Source of the DNA: Acidimicrobiales bacterium
Lineage (GTDB): Bacteria > Actinomycetota > Acidimicrobiia > Acidimicrobiales > CADCSY01
Reading direction: 5' to 3'
Assembly (NCBI GenBank): GCA_030446545.1
Contig: JAUJNB010000012.1
Span: forward strand, 8,913-72,912
DNA length: 64,000 nucleotides
Shown here: positions 10,170 to 23,100 of the stretch, piece by piece
Layout of the letters: each line of letters begins with the position of its first letter
How positions within the stretch are numbered: position 1 is the stretch's first letter
Notes under the pieces: model-generated
Databases searched by the model: none
Seen by the model: only the letters and a program-made list of their open reading frames with translations
What the model was told of the DNA's origin: nothing
Position numbers and translations under genes: made by a program

Positions 10170-12199
10170 TCACGTCGGTGCCGGCGGGCTCACCAGGCGC
10201 CGATCGCGGCGGACCGAGCGCCAGTGCCGGGCCCACCAACCGCACAGGAAGAGGCCGGCCCCGGCCGAGACCAGGACGCCGACCCCCGACAAGAAGGTGG
10301 ACCGCACGGTGAGGCGGGCAGTAGCCACCGTGAGGCGGTCGTCGGGCGAGCGCAGCTCGATGAACAGGGGGAAGTCGCCCGACGTGCGGGCCTCGACGGG
10401 CACCATGACGGGGGTGCTGCCCGGTCCCAGCTCGAGGGGATGACCGTGCTGCCCGTCGTCGTCCGGCCGGGGCCGACGAAGTCGAGCTTGTCGCTCTCGA
10501 GCGCCAGGGTCACCTCCACGTCGACGTCGAGGTCGTTGACCAGGGTGAGGGGGATGGTGGCCTCGCGGGAGGTGAGGCGGAAGCTCCCCTCACTGAGGAT
10601 GCCGACGGCGCCCAGACGCTCGCCGATGACCCGGCGGGCGCTATCGAGATAGGCGGCCCGTCGGGAGATCGGGGAGCGACGCGGCCGAGGAGACGAGCAC
10701 CAGGCGCCGGGCCAGCTCCACCGCGGTGTCGCCGGAACCGACCATGGTGACGAAGCTGTCCACGTCGGCTCCGGTCCGGAGCAGCTCGGCTCCGTCGAAC
10801 ACCGGTGAGGCAGGCTGGGGCCGTAGGGCCCGGACCAGTTCGCCGCCGCCCACCGCCGAGGCCCGCGGCACCACGTCGAACAGCTCGTCGAGGGTCACCG
10901 GGCGCACCACCGAGCCGGAGCCGAGGGCGGGCAGCACGGTGGCGAGGAGGTCAGCCGACGGGGTCCACTCCTGGGGGCGGCTGGACCACCACACCCCGAT
11001 CGAGACCGGGGGAGTCGTAGGCCAGCACGGCCAGGTCGGCCAGCAGATGGTGGGCGGCGAGCACCGGGTCCGCTCCGCTGAAGTGCGACTGGAGCCCGGG
11101 GTCGATGACGGCGGTCTCGACGAGACGTCCGCGCCCGTCCTCCACGAGGAAGGGGTTGGCCAGGGTCAACGGCTGCTCGAGCGGTTCCATGGCGACCTCG
11201 GGCAGCACCAGGCGCTCGGCGTCGGGCGCGCTGGTCAGCGTGGTGGCGTCGAGGGCCGCTGGCTGACCCAGGTGCGCCGGTCGGCCGACCCGACGAGGCG
11301 CTCGACCACGGCGGCACCCCGATCGCCCTGGGCGTCGACCACGTCGCCCAGGCCGGCGGCCAGGAGCGCAGCGGTGTCGATCTCGACGTAGGGACCGGCT
11401 ACGACCTGGCGGCCGCCGACGGTCGCCCCCAGCTGATCCAGGAGGTCGGGTGCGCTGGCGGCCAGGGCTTCGAGGGTCTCGGGGCGGGGCACCACGGTCA
11501 ACGGCACGTCACTGGCGCCCAGGGCGGCGGCGGCGGTGGCCACGGCCACCCGGGAGAGGTCGTCGAGGGAGGCGGTCCCATCGGGCTGCAGGGCCAGGGG
11601 GCGGTGACGGGCTGGACCCAGGCCACATCGAGCGGACGGGCATCGTCCCTCCGGGTGCGCACCAGGTGGGTGGTGAAGCTGTCGACCTCGGCGCCGGCCT
11701 CGGCGTCGTGCAGCACCACCCGCACCGGGTGGACGCCGGCGTCGGCCAGGACCACGGGGCGCTCGCCGTTGGCGGCGGTCGTCGGGCTGCTGGCGATCGG
11801 GACCGTCACCCGCGCTGCGCCGGCGTCGTCAAGTTGGATGTCGGCGAGCGGTGTGGGCCCGCGGCGCCACAGCTCGTCGCCCAGGAGGCGGCCCTCGATG
11901 GTCTGGCTGAACTGCGAGCGCGACGTCACCGCCTCGCGCACGCTGATCTCCAGGGCGAGGTCTTCGGGTCGGCGCACGCCGGCCAGGTCGGCGCGTAGCT
12001 CGAAGGCACCGTCGGGCTCCACCCAGGGCGTCTGCGACGCCAGCGAGATGCGCCCGCCCGGGCCCATCTGGCCGATCTGGCCGAGGGCCGCGGCGGGGGT
12101 GACCGCCACCGGGGCCACCACGGCCACGACGAGGAGGATGACGAGGCCGACCGGCACGGCGAGGTTCGTGCCGGCGAGGGCCGCCGGTACCCGCGGCAT
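10170..12199 (-). CDS. Large secreted or membrane-anchored conserved actinobacterial protein (DUF6049/Rv3909-like by position). Many apparent frameshifts.
   Basis: N-terminal signal/TM MPRVPAALAGTNLAVPVGLVILLVVAVVAPV. C-terminal TM GVGVLVSAGAGLFLCGWW followed by a basic tail. The pieces lie in 6 ORF fragments in order. The gene is directly upstream of murJ, as in other Actinomycetota. The family assignment is inference from synteny. Confidence 0.55.
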
Positions 12200-12918
12200 C
12201 AGGGGGTGAGCTCGCGGTCCCCGAGCCGCCGGGTCAGCACGGCCAGGCCCGAGGGCTCGAGCCGGAAACCCAGGTGCTGGTACAGCCGCAGGGCCCGCTC
12301 ATTGCCCACCTGGGTGTTGACGACCGCTCGGTCGGCTCCCCGGCGCCGCATCCATCGCAACCCGTCGAGCACGAGGGACCGGCCGAGGCCCCGGCCCTCA
12401 CAGGCGGGGTCGACGGCGAGGCGCTGCACGTAGCCCCGGGCCCCCGACCGCCCCGAGACGGCGTAGCCGAGGACGCGCTGGCCCACCACGACCCGGAAGC
12501 GGGCGTGGCGGGTGGCACCGAGGGCTTCGGCCAGCCCGGCGTGGTCGAGGCGCCAGAACGGCGGGAAGGCCAGGGCGTCGAGAGCGAGGACCTGGTCGCG
12601 ATCGCGCCGGCGCCCGGATCGGATGGGTGCAGCCGAGGCGAGAGGTAAGGAGTCGAGGTGGCGGGACAACAGGTGCAACTCCTCGCGCACGTGGAAGCCG
12701 GCGGCGAGGAAGCCTTGCTGCTCGGCGACTCCGAGGGCGCCGGTCACCGCCTCCAGGTAGCCCTGGCTGGCCAGGACCTCGCAGCAGCGCTGGACCATGC
12801 CCGCGCTGGCCGGGGGCGTCTCGGCCACCGGGGCCACATAGGCCAGGCGCTGGTCTCCCCGCCATGGGCCCACCCGGAGGCGCTCGGTCCCCCAGCGCAC
12901 GACCCGCAGCCCCGGCAT
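12199..12918 (-). CDS. GNAT-family N-acetyltransferase
   Basis: Intact 239-aa ORF. Acetyl-CoA motif QRLAVDPACEGRGLGRSLVLDGLRWMRRRG and NERALRLYQHLGF. Confidence 0.8.
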   Translation of the reverse strand: MPGLRVVRWGTERLRVGPWRGDQRLAYVAPVAETPPASAGMVQRCCEVLASQGYLEAVTGALGVAEQQGFLAAGFHVREELHLLSRHLDSLPLASAAPIRSGRRRDRDQVLALDALAFPPFWRLDHAGLAEALGATRHARFRVVVGQRVLGYAVSGRSGARGYVQRLAVDPACEGRGLGRSLVLDGLRWMRRRGADRAVVNTQVGNERALRLYQHLGFRLEPSGLAVLTRRLGDRELTP

Positions 12919-13232
12919 GGGATGTGAGGGTACGACCTCCCGGCAGGCACCGGGGCGCCACGCGAACGAGCCGCCCGGGGGAAGGGCGGCTCGCTCTCAG
13001 GGGGATTGGTTAGGTGGGACCGGTCGGCTGCAGCGACAGGGCGGGGTCGCCACCACAGCCGTTCCGGTCTCACCTTGTACAGCAACTATCGGCAGGCGCC
13101 GGCTACACCTTGAGCACTTTCTCCGGATTTCTTTTCCGACCGCTCGAGCTCTCTTGACCGGGGATCGACCTGGCGACCACGGGAACGTGGCCTCGGCCAC
13201 CTCCATCGGCCCGGCCCGGCGCCGCCGGTACC

Positions 13233-14627
13233 GTGGGCGCCATGGTCCCCGAGCGGCTCCGGCCTGTCCTGGCCGAGGTGGCGCCGCTGGCCGAGCGCTT
13301 CACGGCCGCCGGTCACCGCCTCTACCTGGTGGGGGGCACGGTGCGCGACCTGCTGCTCGGGCGGGCGCTGGAGCACGGCGACTACGACCTCACCACCGAC
13401 GCCCGCCCCGAGGAGATCGAGGCGGTGGTTCGACCGTGGGCCGATGCCGTGTGGCTCCAAGGCAAGCGCTTCGGCACGATCGGCGCCCGCCACCGGGGGC
13501 GAGACTACGAGATCACCACCCACCGGGCCGAGGCCTATCACCCCGACTCCCGCAAGCCCGACGTTCGCTTCTCCACCGAGGTCGAGGCCGACTTGTCCCG
13601 GCGGGACTTCACCGTCAACGCCATGGCCCTGGCTCTGGGCGGGGGAGCTCCCCGAGCTGGTCGACCCCTTCGACGGCGCCGTCGACCTGGCCACGTCCCG
13701 CCTGCGCACGCCCCTGGCCCCCGAGGTGTCCTTCTCCGACGATCCGCTGCGGATGCTGCGGGCCGCCCGCTTCCTCGCCGGCTACGGGCTCGTCCCCGAA
13801 GCCGAGGTGGTCGACGCCGTGCGGGCCCTGCACCCCCGCTTGGAGATCGTCTCGGCCGAGCGCATCCGTGACGAGCTCGACAAGCTGGTCGTGGTCCCCC
13901 AGCCCGAGGCGGGGTTGCGGTTCCTGGTGGAGACCGGCCTGGCCGAGGAGTTCCTCCCCGAGCTGCCCGGCATGGCCCTGGAGGTCGATCCGATCCACCA
14001 CCACAAAGACGTGCTCGCCCACACCATCGCGGTGGTGGCCAAGACCCGCCCCGAGCGCATCGTGCGCCTGGCCGCGCTCTTCCACGACGTGGGCAAGCCC
14101 AAGACCCGCTCGTTCGGCCCCGGGGCAAGGTCAGCTTCCACCACCACGAGGTGGTCGGCGCCCGCATGACCCGGGAGCGCATGCAGGCCCTGCGCTACCC
14201 CGCCGACGACGTCGACGCCGTCTCCCGCCTGGTGGAGCTGCACCTGCGCTTCCACACCTACAAGATGGGCTGGACCGACAGCGCCGTGCGCCGCTACGTG
14301 CGCGACGCCGGCCCGCTGCTCGACGAGCTCAACGAGCTCACCCGCTGCGACTGCACCACCCGCAACCGCCGCAAGGCCGAGGAGCTGTCCCGGCGGATGG
14401 ACACCCTCGAGGAGCGCATCGAGGTCCTGGCTGCCCGAGAGGAGCTCAGCCGCATCCGCCCCGACCTCGACGGCAACCAGGTCATGGCCCACCTGGGCCT
14501 GGCCCCGGGACCGGTGGTGGGCCAGGCGCTCGACTTCCTCCTCGACCTCCGCCTGGAGGAGGGCCCGCTCGGAGAGGAGGAGGCGTTGCGCCGCCTCGAT
14601 GCCTGGTGGGCGGCCCGCACCGCCTGA
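13233..14627 (+). CDS. cca: CCA-adding tRNA nucleotidyltransferase / poly(A) polymerase family with an HD domain (two apparent frameshifts near 13640 and 14130)
   Basis: LYLVGGTVRDLLLGR..DYDLTT..RRDFTVNAMAL, then DPLRMLRAARF, then the HD region HHHKDVLAHT..LFHDVGKP, across frames 13233-13871, 13444-14169 and 14151-14627. Confidence 0.9.
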
Positions 14628-14666
14628 CCTGGGCGCCGCTGGGCCCCTGCCGACAGATCAGCGACC

Positions 14667-14694
14667 GTTCACAGCGGCGAAACAGAGCCGAAAC
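14667..14694 (+). promoter_or_regulatory. Candidate GlnR-type operator (a-site n6 b-site n6 b-site) upstream of amtB
   Basis: GTTCAC-agcggc-GAAAC-agagcc-GAAAC, 47 nt upstream of the amtB start. It has 11-bp phasing and matches the Streptomyces GlnR box pattern gTnAc-n6-GaAAc. Confidence 0.45.
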
Positions 14695-14740
14695 GTCCTG
14701 GCGGCAGCCTGTCGGCGGCAAGTGACCCCGAGACGGGAGT

Positions 14741-16012
14741 GTGGGCATGGACAGCGGCGATACCGCCTGGATGTTGACCTCGACCGCCCTGGTGCTCTTC
14801 ATGACGCCGGGGCTGGCGCTGTTCTACGGAGGCATGGTCCGTTCCAAGCACGTGCTGGGGATGCTCATGCAGAACTTCGCCGCCATGGGCCTGATCGCGG
14901 TGTTGTGGGCGCTGGTCGGGTTCTCCCTGGCCTTCGGCGACTTCGGCAACGGCGGCGTCCTCGGCAACCTCGACTTCCTCGGCCTCGCCGGCGTGGGCAT
15001 CGAGCCGGGGTTGGAGCTGACGATTCCCTTCGTGCTCTTCGCTGCCTACCAGATGACCTTCGCCGTCATCACCCCTGCCCTCATCACCGGGGCCACCGCC
15101 GACCGCATGAAGTTCAGCGCCTACCTGGTGTTCATCGGGGCCTGGTTGGTCCTGGTCTACGCCCCCGTGGCCCACTGGGTCTTCGCCGGGGGCTGGCTGG
15201 CCAGCCTGGGCGCCCTCGACTTCGCCGGCGGCGCCGTGGTCCACATGAACGCCGGGGCCGCCGCCCTCGGGGTGATCCTGGTGCTGGGGCCGCGCCGGGG
15301 CTGGCGCAGCGAGGCCATGCCGCCCCACTCGCTGCCCCTGACCATGCTCGGTACCGGCATCTTGTGGTTCGGCTGGTTCGGTTTCAACGCCGGCTCGGCC
15401 CTGGCCGCCAACGGCGTGGCCGCCCAGGCGGTCATGAACACCTTCCTCGCCGCCTCGGCCGCCATGTTGACCTGGATGCTGGTCGAGCGGATCAAAGACG
15501 GCCACGCCACCACGCTGGGGGCGGCGTCGGGCGTGGTGGCCGGCCTGGTCGCCATCACCCCGTGCGCCGGCTTCGTCGGGGGGATGAGCCCCATCCTCAT
15601 CGGAGGCGCTGCCGGCGTCGTCTGCGTGCTGGCCATCGGCCTCAAGAACCGCTTCGGCTACGACGACTCGCTCGACGTCATCGGCATCCACCTGGTCGGC
15701 GGGCTCCTCGGGTCGGTCGTGCTCGGCCTCTTCGCCGACAGCGCCGTCAACGAGGTGGCCACCGACGGGCTGTTCCTCGGGGCGGGGCCGGCCTGCTGGT
15801 CGACCAGATCGTGGCCAGCGTCGCCGTGCTCGCCTTCTCACTGGTCGTGTCCGCCGCCCTGGCCAAGGTGATCGACGCCACCATGGGCCTGCGCATCAGC
15901 GCCGACCAGGAGCTCGAGGGCCTCGACCGCAGCCAGCACGCCGAGACCGCCTACATCCTCAGCGACCTCGGTTCCTCCTCGGGGCCCCGGTCACCCACCA
16001 GGGCCAGGGTGA
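14741..16012 (+). CDS. amtB: Ammonium transporter (one or more apparent frameshifts near 15790, 3' end uncertain)
   Basis: DTAWMLTSTALVLFMTPGLALFYGGMVR, AVITPALITGATADR, DFAGGAVVHMNAGAAAL, WFGWFGFNAGSA and GIHLVGGLLGS are all Amt signatures. Confidence 0.9.
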
Positions 16013-16029
16013 GCCCACCCGGGTGGGCT
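16012..16029. terminator. Palindromic hairpin between the convergent amtB and 4-Cys mini-ORF
   Basis: AGCCCACCCGGGTGGGCT is a perfect 18-nt palindrome lying just past both convergent gene ends. Confidence 0.5.
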
Positions 16030-16035
16030 AGCGCC

Positions 16036-19022
<2,987 letters not shown>

Positions 19023-19057
19023 CAGACGAGCTTCGCTCGTCGGTAGGCTCGCTCGCC

Positions 19058-19884
19058 GTGTCCAAGGCCCGCCAGCGCCAGAAGCAGAAGGCGCGTCGCA
19101 CCCGTCGTGACCACGGGCTGCGGGAGGAGGCAGCGGCCGCCAGCCGGCCCCGCCGGCGGATGGGCCGGGCGCTCGTGGGCGTGATCGGCGTCATCGGCAT
19201 CCTCTTCCTCGGCGTGCTGGGCAGCCTGGTCGGCCAGGATGCCCGCCAGGACAGCGCCCAGGACCAGGCGGTCGCCACGGACTCGACGGCCCCCGATACC
19301 ACCCGACCGGGGCCCCCGGCCCGCCGCCGCCCTGCCCGGCGCCCGACGGCTCGTCGCCCCGCCGCACCCTCTTTCGACGCGGCACCGGCCATGTGCATCG
19401 ACCCGGCGGCGCAGTACCGGGCCCGCTTCGTCACCTCGGCCGGGGTCTTCATCGCCGACCTCGATCAGCAGCGCTCGCCCCTGGCGGTCAACAACTTCGT
19501 GTTCCTGGCCCGTTACCACTTCTACGACGGCCTGGCCTTTCCCACCGTGATCCGCGACGCCTACGCCCAGACCGGCGACCCTGTCGCCCCGACCTGGTGG
19601 GGCCCGGCTACACCTTCCCCGACGACCCGCTGCCCCCTGCCGGCACCTACCAGGTGGGCTCCCTCGTCGTCGCCCACGAGCGACCCGACGACAACGGGAG
19701 CCAGTTCCTCATCCTCCTGGGGCCCCAGGGGGTCGAGCTGCCCCCCGTCTTCCCGCTGTTCGGCCAGGTCACCCAAGGCCTCGACGTGCTGGCCCGCATC
19801 GGGGCCGCCGGGGGCACGACGGCCGACCCGTCACCGGAGGACCCCCCCACCATCGAGCGCATCGACATCATCGAGACGCCGTAG
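19058..19884 (+). CDS. Membrane-anchored cyclophilin-type peptidyl-prolyl isomerase (apparent frameshift near 19590)
   Basis: Basic N-terminus plus TM LVGVIGVIGILFLGVLGSLV. Cyclophilin motifs NNFVFLARYHFYDGLAF..VIRDAYAQTGDP..GPGYTFPDD..GSQFLILLG. Confidence 0.85.
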
Positions 19885-19889
19885 CGCGG

Positions 19890-19927
19890 CCGACAGGCCG
19901 TCGAGCGCAGCGAGCTTGGCCTGTCGG
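19890..19927 (+). terminator. Hairpin downstream of the PPIase gene
   Basis: CCGACAGGCC ..18 nt.. GGCCTGTCGG, a 10-bp perfect stem 6 nt after the stop. Confidence 0.5.
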
Positions 19928-20149
19928 GGCCAAGTAGCAGGGCCGCCGAAGGTGGATCGATGCCATGGTGATGGTTGACATCCCGCCTTCGCACCAGTAG
20001 ACCGGCACGGTTCGTTGGGCGAGCTCTCCCGCGCGGGCGGGCGGCGCAACGGACGTGGGGCAGGTGCCACCGGGATGGTGGACAGCGGCCCCGAACGGCA
20101 AAATCAACAGCAAGAACCAACCTATCCCTACGAGTACACATGAGAGGAG

Positions 20150-23100
20150 GTGAAATTGGTGAAGAGTAAAGATGACATGGGGGGCGCCCGAAAGGGCACC
20201 GCGATGGGGCTGGCGGCAACGGCAGTCTCCGTGGTGCTTGTGATGCTCTTCGGCGGAACCGCGTCTGCACAGACGACGACCACCGAGCCGGCACCACGGC
20301 GACCCCCGAGACCACACCTGCAGCGACCAACGCCTCTGACGGTGGTGGAAGCGCGGACACCGGCGACGCCGGTGCCACAGGCAACGAGACAGGAACCACG
20401 GTCAACCAGACGGCCCCGCCCACGAAGATGTGTGGGACCGGTGGCTGCGTCGTGATCGTCGACCAGGACGCAGACGTTTCCAACAGCGGGAGCGCCTCGG
20501 CCACCACGGGCGGCAACACGGCGACCGGCAACGCCAGCGACAACACGGCGACCGGTGAGGCCAGACCGCAACCTCGGGTTCGGGCACGGGGTCGGGCGTG
20601 AGCAACAACACGGCCGGCACCTCCAACACGTCGGACGGCAGTGCCGGCATCACGACCGGCCCGGCCACGGCGACGGGGAACCACTCCACCACGACGATCA
20701 ATCAGATCGCCGACGTGGAGATCTCCGACGAGGACTGCGGTGGTAGGTGCCTTGGTGGCGTAGTGCTCATCAACCAGGGCGCGGACGTCTCCAACACCGG
20801 AGATGCCACCGCGACCACGGGTGACAACACCGCTACCGGCAACACCAGCGACAACGACGCTTCGACGTCCCAGGACAACGAAGCCGACGGTTCTGACGAC
20901 GGCGATGCCATCGCCAGCAACAACGGCACGGCCAGCAACTCGTCCGACGGCGAGGCCAGCATCAACACTGGCGACGCCGACGCGACGGGCAACCGGTCGA
21001 CCACCAACGTCAACCAGATTGCCAACGTCTCTATGGCCGGCAGCCTGGGTGGCGTCGTGTTGATCAACCAGGGCGCGAACGTCTCCAACTCGGGGACGGC
21101 AACCGCCGACACTGGTGGCAACACGGCCATGGGCAACGAGTCGAACAACGACTCGAACACAGTGCAGGGTGCGGTCTCTGGAGCCGGTCCACCTGATGGC
21201 GACGCCATCGCCACCAACGACGGACAGGCACACAACTCGTCCGACGGCAGCGCCGACATCACAACTGGCGACGCCACCGCGACGGGAAACCACTCTGAAA
21301 CCAACATCACCCAGTCGGCAGACGTCGACATGAACGGCGGCATCGCCCTGATCGACCAGGACAGCGATGTCGAGAACAGCGGTTCGGCGAGCGCGGACAC
21401 CGGTGACAACGAAGCCACCGGCAACGACTCCGAGAACGACGCTGACAGCGAGCAGGACGCCGATGCTGACGCCGATGACGGCGACAACACGGTTGCGGCC
21501 AACTTCGGGCTGGCGGAGAACGCCAGCGACGGGTCGGCCGAGATCACCACGGGAGACGCCGACGCCACCGGCAACGCGGCGACCACGAACATCGCCCAGA
21601 CCGCTGACGTCGAGGGTGCCCATTCGCCCTCATCGACCAGGACAGCGACGTGGACAACCACGGCGACGCCGAGGCCGACACCGGTGACAACGAAGCCACC
21701 GGCAACGACTCGGACAACGACGCTGACAACGACCAGGAAGCCGACGCCGACGCAGACGACGCCGACGGCTCCAGCGTGGCCAGCAACTTCGGTGAAGCCA
21801 GCAACGACTCCGACGGCACGGCCACCATCCATTCCGGTGACGCCACCGCCACGGGGAACGACTCCACCACCAACGTCCTCCAGGAGGCCGATGTGGACGG
21901 CGGTTCCTTCGCTCTGATCGAGCAGGACACCGACGTCGACAACGAGGGTGACGCTGACGCCGACACCGGCGACAACGAAGCCACCGGCAACGACTCCGAC
22001 AACGAGGCCGACAACGACCAGGACGCCGATTCCGGTGACGGCGAGGACAACAGCGTCGCCGCCAACTTCGGCTCGGTCACCAACTCCAGTGACGGCACCG
22101 CCGACATCACCACCGGTGATGCCACGGCGACCGGCAACGCCGCCGACGACAACGTGGCCCAGGTGGTCAACGTCGAAGGCGGTGACGACGACGACTTCGG
22201 CTTCGTGCTCGTCGAGCAGGACGTCGACATCGACAACGAGGGCGACGCTGACGCCGACACCGGCGACAACGAAGCCACCGGCAACCGCTCGGACAACGAG
22301 GCGGACAACGACCAGGAAGCCGACGCTGGCGACAGCGACGGCAACACGGTCGCCACCAACTTCGCCAGCACTGCAACCAACGGCCACCATCGAGACCGGT
22401 GACGCCACTGCTGTCGGCGTCGACGCATCGACATCGTGCAGGTGGTCAACGCCGAGACCGGTGACGGCTCGAGCGACGACGACCAACGTCGGCTGCACGG
22501 TGCGTCAACAGCGACACTGCGACGACGGCAACGGCTTCGGTGCTCTCATCGAGCAGGACGCCGACATGGACAACGACGGTGAGGCCAAGGCCAAGACCGG
22601 CGGCAACGACGCCACCGGCAACAGCTCCGACAACGACGTCGGCCACCAACGACCAGGACGCCGACGCTGATGACAGCGACGGCAACCTGATCGTCACCAA
22701 CGACGCCGGTCAGACCGAGCAACGACTCCGACGGCTCCGCCACCATCGAGACCGGTGACGCGCCACCATCGAGACCGGTGGCCCACGCCGTGGGCGTCGA
22801 CGCCAACACCAACATCGGCCAGTTGGCTTCGGCCGACATCGAGGATGACGGCTTCGTCATCTCCGATCAGGACGTCGACGTCGACAACGACGGTGACGCC
22901 GAGGCCGACACCGGTGACAACGACGCCACCGGCAACACCTCGGACAACGACGCTGACAACGACCAGGACGCCGACGCCGAAGACGGCGACGGCGACACGG
23001 TCGTGACCAACGACGCCACGACCAGCAACGACTCCGACGGCACCGCCACCATCGACACCGGTGATGCGCAGGCCGTGGGCGTCGAAGCCAACACCAACAT

